Below, piece by piece: positions 16,457 through 24,000 of a stretch of 24,000 nt of DNA (position 1 is its first letter; each line of letters begins with the position of its first letter). Source of the DNA: Oceanibaculum indicum P24. GTDB lineage: Bacteria; Pseudomonadota; Alphaproteobacteria; Oceanibaculales; Oceanibaculaceae. Made by a program: the position numbers and the translations under genes. Where the stretch lies: contig NZ_AMRL01000005.1 of the NCBI RefSeq assembly GCF_000299935.1, forward strand, positions 168,523 to 192,522, written 5' to 3'. The notes under the pieces were generated by a model. That model was not told the DNA's origin. It did no database searches and saw only the letters and a program-made list of their open reading frames with translations.

Positions 16457-17464
16457 CTAGATCAGCTTGGCGATGGCACCGGCCGTATCCAGCATGCGGT
16501 TGGAGAAGCCCCATTCATTGTCGTACCAGCTCATCACGCGGACCAGCTTCTTGTCGATCACCTTGGTCTCGCCGAGATCGACGGTGGAGCTGTTCGGGCA
16601 ATGGTTGAAGTCGATGGAGACCAGCTTCTCGGTGTTGGTCGCCAGGATGCCCTTCAGCTTGCCGTCGGCGGCGGCGCTGATCGCCTTGTTCACTTCCTCG
16701 ACGGTCGTCTCGCGCTTGGCGATGAACTTGAAGTCGATGACCGAGACATTGGCGGTCGGCACGCGGATCGAGGTGCCGTCCAGCTTGCCGGCCAGCTCCG
16801 GCAGCACCAGGCCGACGGCCTTGGCCGCACCGGTCGAGGTCGGGATCATCGACATCGCCGCGGCGCGGGCGCGGTGCAGGTCCTTGTGCAGCGTATCGAC
16901 CGTGTTCTGGTCGCCGGTATAGGCATGCACCGTGGTCATGAAGCCGGACTCGACGCCGATCGCCTCATGCATCACCGCCGCGACCGGGGCCAGGCAGTTG
17001 GTGGTGCAAGACGCGTTGGAGACGATGACATGGTCCTTGGTCAGCTTGCCGTGGTTCACGCCATAAACGACCGTGATGTCGGCACCGGTGGCCGGGGCGG
17101 AGATCAGCACCCGCTTGGCGCCGGCCGTCAGGTGCATCGAGGCCTTCTCCTTGTCGGTGAAGATGCCGGTGCACTCGAAGGCGATATCGACGCCGAGGTC
17201 CTTCCACGGCAGCTTCGAGGGGTCGCGCTCGGCGGTCACCTTGATCTTGCCGGTGCCGAGATCCATCCAGTCCTCGCCGGTGGTCACGGTGCCGGGGAAG
17301 CGGCCATGCACCGAATCGTAGCGCAGGAGATGCGCATTCGCTTCGACCGGGCCCAGATCGTTGATCGCCACGACCTGCAGGTCCTTGCGGCCGCTTTCAT
17401 GCAGGGCGCGAAGCACCAGGCGGCCGATGCGCCCGAAACCGTTGATTGCCACACGAGTAGCCAT
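16457..17464 (-). CDS. gap: type I glyceraldehyde-3-phosphate dehydrogenase
   Basis: INGFGRIGR is present, with the active site [22 protein letters not shown] precedes the ATG as an SD. Confidence 0.97.
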   Translation of the reverse strand: MATRVAINGFGRIGRLVLRALHESGRKDLQVVAINDLGPVEANAHLLRYDSVHGRFPGTVTTGEDWMDLGTGKIKVTAERDPSKLPWKDLGVDIAFECTGIFTDKEKASMHLTAGAKRVLISAPATGADITVVYGVNHGKLTKDHVIVSNASCTTNCLAPVAAVMHEAIGVESGFMTTVHAYTGDQNTVDTLHKDLHRARAAAMSMIPTSTGAAKAVGLVLPELAGKLDGTSIRVPTANVSVIDFKFIAKRETTVEEVNKAISAAADGKLKGILATNTEKLVSIDFNHCPNSSTVDLGETKVIDKKLVRVMSWYDNEWGFSNRMLDTAGAIAKLI

Positions 17465-17502
17465 TTATTCCTCCAAAACGCGAACGGGTAGGGGTTCGTC
17501 TT

Positions 17503-19494
17503 CTAGATACGGGCTTTCGCCGCTGCGACAACCGCTTCCGCGGTAATGCCGAAATGCTTGTACAGCTGGGGTGCCGGCGCGGAGGCGCCAAAGCCGGTCA
17601 TGCCGATAAAGCAACCCTTCTCGCCCAGATAACGTTCCCAGCCGAAGCCGATGGCGGCCTCGACCGCGATGCGCGGGCCATCGCCCAGTACCTGCTTGCG
17701 GTAGGCCTCATCCTGCTGGTCGAACAACTCGCAGCACGGCATGGAGACCACGGCGGCAGCGATGCCGTCGGCCTTCAGCGCGTCGCGGGCGGCCAGCGCG
17801 ATCTCCACTTCGGAGCCGGTGGCGATCAGTGTCACCTGGCGCTTGCCCTCAGCCTCGGCCAGCACATAGCCGCCCTTGGCCGACAGGTTCTCGGCGGTGT
17901 GCGTGGTGCGCACGGTCGGCAGGCCCTGGCGGGTCAGGCTGATGACCGAGGGCGTGCCCTCGCTCTGCAGCGCGATCTGCCAGCACTCGGCGGTCTCCAC
18001 CGTGTCGGCTGGACGGAACACATAGAGGTTCGGCATGGCGCGCAGCGCGGCCAGATGCTCGACCGGCTGATGCGTCGGGCCGTCCTCGCCCAGGCCGATG
18101 GAATCATGCGTCATGATGTAGATGACGCGCAGCCCCATCAGCGCCGACAGGCGGATCGCCGGGCGGCAATAGTCGGTGAACACCATGAAGGTGCCGCCGA
18201 ACGGGATCACGCCGCCATGCAGCGCCAGGCCGTTCATCGCCGCGGCCATGCCATGCTCGCGGATGCCGTAATGGATATAGCTGCCGGCATAGTCGCCGGC
18301 CTTGATGATGGCAGCTTCCTTGGCCTTGGTGTTGTTGGAGCCGGTCAGGTCGGCGGAGCCGCCGATCAGCTCCGGCAGCACCGGGGCCAGCGCGTCGATC
18401 ACATGCTGCGAGGACATGCGGGTCGCGACCTTCGGCTTCTGCTCGGCGGTCTGCTTCTTGAAGGCCTCCACCGCCTGCTCGAAGCCGGCCGGCAGGCGCC
18501 CGGCAAGCACGCGCTCCAGCTCCTCGCGCTTCTCGCTGCCCAGCTCGTCCACGCGCTCCTGCCAGCCCTGGCGGGCGGCGGCACCCTGCTGTCCGATGGC
18601 ACGCCAGGCGGTCAGGATGTCCTCGGGAATCTCGAAGGGCGGATGGTTCCAGCCCAGCGCCGCGCGCGTGCCCTCGATCTCCTCCGCGCCCAGCGGCGAG
18701 CCATGGGTGGAAGCGCTGCCCTGCTTCTTCGGTGCGCCATAGCCGATGATCGTCTTGCAGGCGATCAGCGACGGCGTGTCGGTCTTGCGTGCCTGGGCGA
18801 TGGCGGCTTCGATGGCGGCCGGGTCGTGGCCGTCAATGGCCTGCACGTCCCAGCCGGCGGCCTTGAAGCGGCCCTGCTGGTCCTCCGAGGTGGTCAGGCT
18901 GGTCGGCCCGTCGATGGAAATGCCGTTATCGTCGAACAGCACGATCAGCTTGCCGAGCTTCAGATGCCCCGCCAGGGTGATTGCCTCCTGGCTGATGCCC
19001 TCCATCAGGCAGCCATCGCCGGCGATGACATAGGTGTAGTGATCGACGATGGGGTCGCCGAAGCGGGCATTCAGGATGCGCTCGCCCAGCGCGAAGCCGA
19101 CCGCGGTGGCGATGCCCTGGCCCAGCGGGCCGGTGGTCGTCTCGATGCCCGGCGCATGGCCATATTCGGGGTGGCCGGCGGTGATGCTGCCGAGCTGGCG
19201 GAAATTCTTCACCTGCTCGATCGTCATCTCCGGATAGCCGGTGAGATAGAGCAGGCTGTAGAGCAGCATGGAGCCGTGGCCGGCCGACAGCACGAAGCGG
19301 TCGCGGTCCGGCCAGCGCGGGTCGGCGGCGTCGAATTTCAGGAATTTCGAGTACAGCACCGTCGCCACATCGGCCATGCCCATCGGCATGCCGGGATGGC
19401 CGGACTTTGCCGCCTCGACGGCATCCATCGACAGGGCGCGGATGGCGTTGGCCATCTGCTTGTGGGGAACGGACTGGCTGGTCTGTGCGGTCAT
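17503..19494 (-). CDS. tkt: transketolase
   Basis: [10 protein letters not shown] (ThDP motif) and [20 protein letters not shown] are present. 663 aa. Confidence 0.97.
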   Translation of the reverse strand: MTAQTSQSVPHKQMANAIRALSMDAVEAAKSGHPGMPMGMADVATVLYSKFLKFDAADPRWPDRDRFVLSAGHGSMLLYSLLYLTGYPEMTIEQVKNFRQLGSITAGHPEYGHAPGIETTTGPLGQGIATAVGFALGERILNARFGDPIVDHYTYVIAGDGCLMEGISQEAITLAGHLKLGKLIVLFDDNGISIDGPTSLTTSEDQQGRFKAAGWDVQAIDGHDPAAIEAAIAQARKTDTPSLIACKTIIGYGAPKKQGSASTHGSPLGAEEIEGTRAALGWNHPPFEIPEDILTAWRAIGQQGAAARQGWQERVDELGSEKREELERVLAGRLPAGFEQAVEAFKKQTAEQKPKVATRMSSQHVIDALAPVLPELIGGSADLTGSNNTKAKEAAIIKAGDYAGSYIHYGIREHGMAAAMNGLALHGGVIPFGGTFMVFTDYCRPAIRLSALMGLRVIYIMTHDSIGLGEDGPTHQPVEHLAALRAMPNLYVFRPADTVETAECWQIALQSEGTPSVISLTRQGLPTVRTTHTAENLSAKGGYVLAEAEGKRQVTLIATGSEVEIALAARDALKADGIAAAVVSMPCCELFDQQDEAYRKQVLGDGPRIAVEAAIGFGWERYLGEKGCFIGMTGFGASAPAPQLYKHFGITAEAVVAAAKARI

Positions 19495-19698
19495 GGCGTG
19501 GTCGCAGGCTCGAAGGTACGAAAAAACGCCGCGCCCCGGCGCGTCCGAGGGCGATCTGGTCGGGCGCGTGGAACATGCCGCCGGGCGGCCCCTCCGTCAA
19601 CCCGGCAAAGCGCAGGGCAGGGTATCGCACGCCTTATTTATTAGCGGTTTCGATTCCGGCTTCCGGGCGCCCGTTTCGGGGCGCCGGCGGCCCTCCGG

Positions 19699-19727
19699 TT
19701 GACGGGTGCCGTGGCGCGTGCCTATCT
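19699..19727 (+). promoter_or_regulatory. sigma70-type promoter for zauP-zapA
   Basis: TTGACG-N17-CTATCT closely matches the alphaproteobacterial CTTGAC-N17-CTATAT consensus. It lies 48 nt upstream of the ATG at 19775. Confidence 0.5.
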
Positions 19728-19774
19728 TGCGCAAGCTAATTTGGCAGGAACTCTGGCAGGAATCGCCCATCATC

Positions 19775-20023
19775 ATGAAGGAAGCGCCGACCCTGGATAT
19801 GGTACTGGAGCGGTTGGCCCAGGCCGTGGCGCGGCTGGAATCGGCCCTGGCGCGGCGCGGCGGGACCGCGCTGTCGGCCGAGGCGGGTGAGGGATCGGCG
19901 GAACTGCAGCGCGCGCTGGACGATGCGCGGGCGGAGTATGCCAAGCTTTCCGAGGTGACGGGGCTGGTCTCGCAGCGGCTGGACCGCACCATCAACCGGC
20001 TGAAACTGGTTCTGGAGAAATAG
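19775..20023 (+). CDS. DUF4164-like coiled-coil protein (ZauP-like ZapA partner)
   Basis: It is an 82-aa all-helical heptad-like sequence (LERLAQAVARLESALARR...) immediately upstream of zapA. That position matches the Caulobacter ZauP-ZapA pair, by recall. Confidence 0.5.
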   Translation: MKEAPTLDMVLERLAQAVARLESALARRGGTALSAEAGEGSAELQRALDDARAEYAKLSEVTGLVSQRLDRTINRLKLVLEK

Positions 20024-20025
20024 GC

Positions 20026-20358
20026 GTGGCGTCTGTCGAGGTCTCCATCAATGGCCGGTTCTACCGCATCGCCTGCGAGGACGGGCAGGAACAGCGGCTG
20101 ATCCGCCTTGCCGGGTCGGTGGACGAGAAGGTCTCCTCCCTGGTCGAGCAGGTCGGGCAGGTCGGCGATACAAGGCTGCTGGTCATGGCCAGCCTGCTGA
20201 TCGCCGACGAGCTGGACGACGCCAAGCAGGGCAGCGTCAATGGCGGCGGAAACGGCGCGGCAGCAGCGGCTCCAGCGCAGAACCAGGCAACCATCGCGGC
20301 ACTCTCTGCCCTGGCCGAACGCATTGAGCATATTGCCGACGGGCTTGAGAACGCCTAG
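20026..20358 (+). CDS. zapA: cell division protein ZapA
   Basis: VEVSINGRFYRIACEDGQEQRLIRLA...LLVMASLLIADEL is present. It uses a GTG start and begins 2 nt after the upstream stop. Confidence 0.85.
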   Translation: MASVEVSINGRFYRIACEDGQEQRLIRLAGSVDEKVSSLVEQVGQVGDTRLLVMASLLIADELDDAKQGSVNGGGNGAAAAAPAQNQATIAALSALAERIEHIADGLENA

Positions 20359-20361
20359 ATA

Positions 20362-20540
20362 CTGAGGCGGGCGCCTGCTGCGCGGTGCGATATGGTCGCT
20401 TATGTCCCCGGGCCCAATGCTCATCTCCAGGGAACTGCCTCTGTCGGAGCCGTGGCTCCATTATGCGGTACCCACCTGCGTTGCAGGGCTAGGAGGACGA
20501 GCAAATGACCGACGGCCGAGGCGGCGGCGCCCACCTTTCT
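20362..20540 (+). ncRNA. ssrS: 6S RNA (SsrS), approximate ends
   Basis: It sits in the conserved zapA - ssrS - 5-formyl-THF cyclo-ligase synteny. The ~190-nt gap folds as one long interrupted hairpin. The closing stem is GGGCGCC (20369-20375)/GGCGCCC (20526-20532). Inner helices are GGUC/GACC and GUCC/GGAC. The apical hairpin is GGAGCC-GU-GGCUCC (20446-20459). Confidence 0.65.
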
Positions 20541-20551
20541 TCCATCCGGCC

Positions 20552-21142
20552 ATGCTGAATACGGACGCGGATATCGCGGCGGTGAAGGCCGTGGAACGCG
20601 CAGCGGCGAAGCGCCGCCGGGCGGCGGCACATGCGGCCCATCCCGATGCCGGGGCGCGGATCGCCGCCAATCTGTTGAGCACGGTATCGCTACCGGAAGC
20701 AGCCATTATCTCCGGCTATTGTGCGATGGGGGACGAGGCCGACCCGCTGCCATCCCTGCTGGCGCTGGCGGCGGGCGGGCATGATCTGTGTCTGCCGGTG
20801 ACGCCGAAGCGCGGCCTGCCATTGTCCTTCCGGCTGTGGCGGCCGGGTGACGCGCTGGAGCGCGGCGTGTGGGACATTCCCGTGCCGCCGGCCACGGCGC
20901 CTGATGCCGAACCCGGCGTGCTGCTGGTGCCGCTGCTGGCCTTCGACCGGAAAGGCTATCGTCTGGGCTATGGCGGCGGCTATTACGACCGCACGCTGGC
21001 AATGTTGAAGGAAAAAGGACCGGTGCTGGCCATCGGCATCGCCTATGCCGCGCAGGAGGTCGAAAGTGTGCCGCGCGAGGCGACCGACCAGCGGCTCGAC
21101 TGGATCGTGACCGAGGATTCGGCGATCCGGACCGACGAATAG
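20552..21142 (+). CDS. 5-formyltetrahydrofolate cyclo-ligase
   Basis: VPLLAFDRKGYRLGYGGGYYDR is present. I set the start at the ATG at 20552; the track start at 20402 would read through the 6S RNA region. Confidence 0.85.
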   Translation: MLNTDADIAAVKAVERAAAKRRRAAAHAAHPDAGARIAANLLSTVSLPEAAIISGYCAMGDEADPLPSLLALAAGGHDLCLPVTPKRGLPLSFRLWRPGDALERGVWDIPVPPATAPDAEPGVLLVPLLAFDRKGYRLGYGGGYYDRTLAMLKEKGPVLAIGIAYAAQEVESVPREATDQRLDWIVTEDSAIRTDE

Positions 21143-21161
21143 AACTGGAAAGAGAGTAGAG

Positions 21162-21977
21162 ATGCGTTTGCTGTTTCTGGGCGATGTGGTGGGCCGGCCC
21201 GGCCGGGATGCCATCGCCGCCCATCTGCCGGGCCTGAAGCGCGACCTGAAGCTGGATTTCGTCGTCATCAATGGCGAGAACGCGGCCGGCGGGTTCGGCA
21301 TCACCCAGAAAATCTGCGAGGAATTCTACGCGCTGGGCGCCGATGTGGTGACCACCGGCAACCATGCCTGGGACCAGCGCGAGGCGCTGTCCTACATCAC
21401 CACCGATCCGCGCCTGCTGCGCCCGGCCAATTACCCGCCGGGTACGCCGGGCAAGGGCGCGCATGTCTATCAGACCCAGGCCGGCAAGAAGGTGCTGGTG
21501 GTGAATGTGATGGGACGTCTGTTCATGGACCCGCTGGACGATCCGTTCCAGGCGGTGGCGCGGGAACTGGCGCGCAATGTGCTGGGCGGCGGTGTGCAGG
21601 CGGCGATCATCGATGTGCATGCCGAGGCGACCAGCGAGAAGATGGCGATGGGCCATTTCTGCGATGGCCGCGTCTCGCTGGTGGTCGGCACGCACAGCCA
21701 TGTGCCGACGGCGGATGCGCAGCTGCTGCCGGGCGGCACCGCCTACCAGACCGATGCTGGCATGTGCGGCGACTATGACAGCGTGATCGGAATGAAGAAG
21801 GAGACCGCGGTCGCCCGTTTCGTGCGCAAGCTGCCGGGCGAGCGGCTGGAGCCGGGATCGGGCGAGGGTACGCTGTGCGGCGTGTTCGTCGAGACCGACG
21901 ACCGGAGCGGGCTTGCGAAAAGCGTCCAGCCGGTGCGGATGGGCGGTCGGCTGGCCCCGGCGCTGCCGGTACTTTAA
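21162..21977 (+). CDS. YmdB-like (TIGR00282-type) metallophosphoesterase
   Basis: MRLLFLGDVVGRPGR, INGENAAGGFGIT, TTGNHAWD and the HAEATSEK context are present. Confidence 0.85.
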   Translation: MRLLFLGDVVGRPGRDAIAAHLPGLKRDLKLDFVVINGENAAGGFGITQKICEEFYALGADVVTTGNHAWDQREALSYITTDPRLLRPANYPPGTPGKGAHVYQTQAGKKVLVVNVMGRLFMDPLDDPFQAVARELARNVLGGGVQAAIIDVHAEATSEKMAMGHFCDGRVSLVVGTHSHVPTADAQLLPGGTAYQTDAGMCGDYDSVIGMKKETAVARFVRKLPGERLEPGSGEGTLCGVFVETDDRSGLAKSVQPVRMGGRLAPALPVL

Positions 21978-21983
21978 CTCGGC

Positions 21984-22478
21984 TTAGCGCGGCTTAAGGG
22001 CGATCCGGGCCAGCCCGTCCACGACCTGCTTTGCCGTATCGTCGCCCTCACCGCGCAGGCGCTGGTTGATGACGACCTTCAGCGCGTCGATATGCAGCTT
22101 CACGATGGGCAGCTCCAGCGCCTCCGGCGATTTCAGCGCGGTCAGGTGCTTGCACAATATATCGCCGATCTGGGTGACCAGCGGAAAGCCGAAGCTGCCA
22201 CCCTCGCCGCGCATGTCATGGGCGATCTCGAACATGTCGTGCAGCGCCTCGGCGCGCTCGGCGCCCTGCGCCCGGTCATAGGCGACCATCAGCCGCGTCA
22301 AATTGGTCTGGGCGTGGCCGGTATAGTCGGTCCTGTCCTGTACCTTCTTCGCGGCGGTTTCCGCCTTGCGCAGCACATCGCCGCCCAGCGGCTTCTTGCT
22401 GCCGACCATTTCGCGCAGCTTGTTCCTGGGCTGGATGACCTCGTGGGTCTTGCCCCCCGGCCTGTCTCCGCTCATCAC
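21984..22478 (-). CDS. Hpt (histidine phosphotransfer) domain protein
   Basis: IAHDMRGEGGSFGFPLV fits the HxxKG-xxx-G Hpt phospho-His motif, with R in place of K. The starts are GTG at 22478 or ATG at 22475, and GAGGTG lies upstream as an SD. Confidence 0.55.
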   Translation of the reverse strand: MMSGDRPGGKTHEVIQPRNKLREMVGSKKPLGGDVLRKAETAAKKVQDRTDYTGHAQTNLTRLMVAYDRAQGAERAEALHDMFEIAHDMRGEGGSFGFPLVTQIGDILCKHLTALKSPEALELPIVKLHIDALKVVINQRLRGEGDDTAKQVVDGLARIALKPR

Positions 22479-22675
22479 GCCGCCCCACCTCGTTTACGCT
22501 TCTTGCAAAAAATTTTAGGGGCTTTCGATCGATTTGGCGATAGCCGAAGCGCGGAATGCGGCACGCGGTTCTGTCTGGGGGATACGCAGATTGGTCAGCG
22601 CTTCTGTCGTGAATCTGTTGTCATTCAATATAACAACTTGTAGGCTGCAGCCATTGCTTCTCATCTCCCTGACTT

Positions 22676-22709
22676 GGCCGCCCGTTCCCACGGGCGGCCT
22701 TTTTCTTTC
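22676..22709 (+). terminator. orphan Rho-independent terminator
   Basis: Stem GGCCGCCCG (22676-22684), loop TTCCCA and stem CGGGCGGCC (22691-22699) are followed by TTTTTCTTTC. No + strand gene lies upstream. Confidence 0.75.
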
Positions 22710-22727
22710 GCGCTACGCAAAAAGACC

Positions 22728-22755
22728 CTTGATGCATTGAGGGGTAAGGTATAGT
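22728..22755 (+). promoter_or_regulatory. sigma70-type promoter of the PadR gene
   Basis: The motif is CTTGAT-N16-TATAGT. The predicted TSS falls at about 22762, within a few nt of the ATG at 22764. Confidence 0.5.
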
Positions 22756-22763
22756 TTTCGGCT

Positions 22764-23198
22764 ATGCCTAGAACCTCGATGCATAGACAGAGCGGGGAGA
22801 CCCGTCCGTCCACCGATTACACCAGCCCGGAATACTGGAACGGGCTGATCAAGATGGGCCTGTCCAAATTCTTCATCCTCTGCGTGCTCTACAAGCAGCC
22901 GCTGCATGGCTACGAGATCGCCAAGCGGGTGGAGAGCGTAACGCGCGGCTGCTGTACGCCGGGCGAGGGGACGATCTATCCGGTGCTGCGGGATTTCGAG
23001 GCGGGCGGCTATGTCACCGTCGAGACGGAGATGGTGCAGGGGCGGGAGCGCAAGGTCTATGCGCTGACCGATCTCGGGCGCGAGGCCTTCCGGGTCGCGG
23101 TCGGCTCCTGGATGGGCGTGACACGCTGCCTGCAGGAAAGCCACGAGATGCTGGTGCGCGATGCGACGGCCGAGACGCAGGGAAGCTGCCGGCCGTAA
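22764..23198 (+). CDS. PadR family transcriptional regulator
   Basis: FILCVLYKQPLHGYEIAKRV...GTIYPVLRDFEAGGYV...RKVYALTDLGREAF is the PadR wHTH signature. There is an N-terminal ~30-aa extension, so the start is uncertain. Confidence 0.8.
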   Translation: MPRTSMHRQSGETRPSTDYTSPEYWNGLIKMGLSKFFILCVLYKQPLHGYEIAKRVESVTRGCCTPGEGTIYPVLRDFEAGGYVTVETEMVQGRERKVYALTDLGREAFRVAVGSWMGVTRCLQESHEMLVRDATAETQGSCRP

Positions 23199-23244
23199 AA
23201 AATTTTGCCTGTGATACATTGCCCTTCGATGTATGGAGATCGAC

Positions 23245-24000
23245 ATGTCAAATCTGGGTATTGACTCCTCCCTGCCGGTCGTGGTGATCGGCGCCGGCCC
23301 TGTTAGCCTTGCTGCTGCCGCCCGCCTTGTCGAGCGCGGCCTGCCCTTCCTGGTGCTGGAGGCAGGTCCGGTGGTGGGTGACAGCGTGCGGCGCTGGCGC
23401 CATGTGCGCATGTTCTCGCCCTGGCGGTTCAACATTGACCGCTCGGCGCGGGCGCTTCTGCAGGAATCGGGCTGGACGCCGCCGCCGCAGGACGATCTGC
23501 CGACCGGTGGCGATCTGGTAACGCAGTATCTGGAGCCGCTGGCGGCGCTGCCGCAGATCGCCCCCTTCCTGCGCTTCGGCGCGCGGGTCGTGTCGGTCGG
23601 TCGCGAGGCGCTGGACAAGGCGGTGACGGCGGGCCGGGAAGAAACCCCCTTCGCGGTGGAGGTCGCGCTGGCGGATGGCCGGCGGGAGACCGTCCGGGCC
23701 CGTGCGGTGATCGATGCCAGCGGTACCTGGACCGCGCCGAACCCGATGGGGGCGGGCGGTTATCCTGCGGCCGGAGAGCAGCAGTTCGCCGACCGCATCG
23801 CCTATGGCATTCCGGATGTGAAGGGCCAGGACAGGGTGCGCTATGCCGGCCGGCGGGTGCTGGTGGTCGGTGGCGGGCACTCCGCGATCAATGTGCTGCT
23901 CGACCTGCTGACGCTGAAAGAGGCCGTGCCGGAAACCGCGATCTTGTGGGCGGTCCGCCGGGCCGATCCGCAGCGGCTGTTCGGCGGCGGTGCCGCCTAT
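23245..24000 (+). CDS. FAD/NAD(P)-binding oxidoreductase (two-dinucleotide-fold flavoprotein), 3' end outside window
   Basis: It is not in the ORF track because it has no stop in the window. I translated it by hand: MSNLGIDSSLPVVVIGAGPVSLAAAARL (GxGxxG), then RRVLVVGGGHSAINVLLDL as a second Rossmann motif. GGAGA lies 5 nt before the ATG. Confidence 0.7.
   Translation, partial: MSNLGIDSSLPVVVIGAGPVSLAAAARLVERGLPFLVLEAGPVVGDSVRRWRHVRMFSPWRFNIDRSARALLQESGWTPPPQDDLPTGGDLVTQYLEPLAALPQIAPFLRFGARVVSVGREALDKAVTAGREETPFAVEVALADGRRETVRARAVIDASGTWTAPNPMGAGGYPAAGEQQFADRIAYGIPDVKGQDRVRYAGRRVLVVGGGHSAINVLLDLLTLKEAVPETAILWAVRRADPQRLFGGGAAY

Noticed and set aside
16391-17491. A 366-aa ORF on the plus strand
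   Set aside because: It lies antisense to gap. Its 5' end also reads through the REP-like repeat and the terminator.
19521-19546. Hairpin plus U6 run on the minus strand in the tkt leader, considered as a possible attenuator
   Set aside because: The stem is only about 5 bp with a cramped loop. That is too weak to call a terminator or attenuator from sequence alone.
17554-19644. A 696-aa ORF on the plus strand
   Set aside because: It lies antisense to transketolase and has low-complexity A/G/R/L composition. It is a shadow ORF.
19742-19762. A sigma54 (-24/-12) reading of TGGCAGGAACTCTGGCA
   Set aside because: The GG and GC dinucleotides are one nt further apart than the canonical TGGCAC-N5-TTGC spacing, and the -12 element is poor. 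I kept it only as a direct repeat.
20706-21701. A 331-aa ORF on the minus strand
   Set aside because: It lies antisense to the 5-FCL and YmdB-like genes, both of which carry clear family motifs.
22534-22740. A 68-aa plus-strand ORF in the Hpt/PadR intergenic region
   Set aside because: It reads straight through a strong terminator hairpin and into the PadR promoter, with poor codon composition.
22713-23880. Minus-strand ORFs of 301 aa and 210 aa
   Set aside because: They lie antisense to the PadR and flavoprotein genes. They are shadow ORFs.
1-24000. Scan for CRISPR arrays, tRNA/rRNA genes, IS elements or integrases, reverse transcriptases and defence or toxin-antitoxin modules
   Set aside because: I saw no repeat-spacer periodicity, no tRNA-like T-arm (GTTCGAATC-type) sequence in the intergenic DNA, and no transposase, recombinase, nuclease or helicase motifs in any credible ORF.

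Overview
The window is GC-rich with strong GC3 codon bias. The gene content (tkt-gap, zauP-zapA-6S-5-FCL-ymdB, AsmA, FliL, cyclophilin, FolB) looks like a core chromosomal segment of an alphaproteobacterium, possibly Rhodospirillales-like; that assignment is from recall, not a search. I support about 29 protein-coding genes, one of which (23245-24000) is missing from the ORF track because it runs off the window. I also support one 6S RNA (ssrS) in its classical zapA/5-FCL synteny, four intrinsic terminators, two sigma70-type promoters and one REP/MITE-like double-hairpin repeat. I saw no tRNA, rRNA, CRISPR array, transposase, integrase or recognisable defence or toxin genes. Most long ORFs in the track are antisense or off-frame shadows typical of high-GC DNA. 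I found no clear novel multi-gene system. The items most worth a second look are: (1) an orphan ~130-nt transcription unit at 4456-4583 with three hairpins whose loops all expose C-rich, anti-Shine-Dalgarno-like runs; (2) a tightly coupled operon of a small disordered protein, an orphan ABC ATPase and a sulfotransferase (1148-2993); (3) an orphan terminator or small transcript upstream of the PadR gene; (4) a cluster of three unrecognisable small genes at 13.1-14.2 kb. All family assignments rest on motifs I can read in the translations plus recalled family knowledge. No searches were run.
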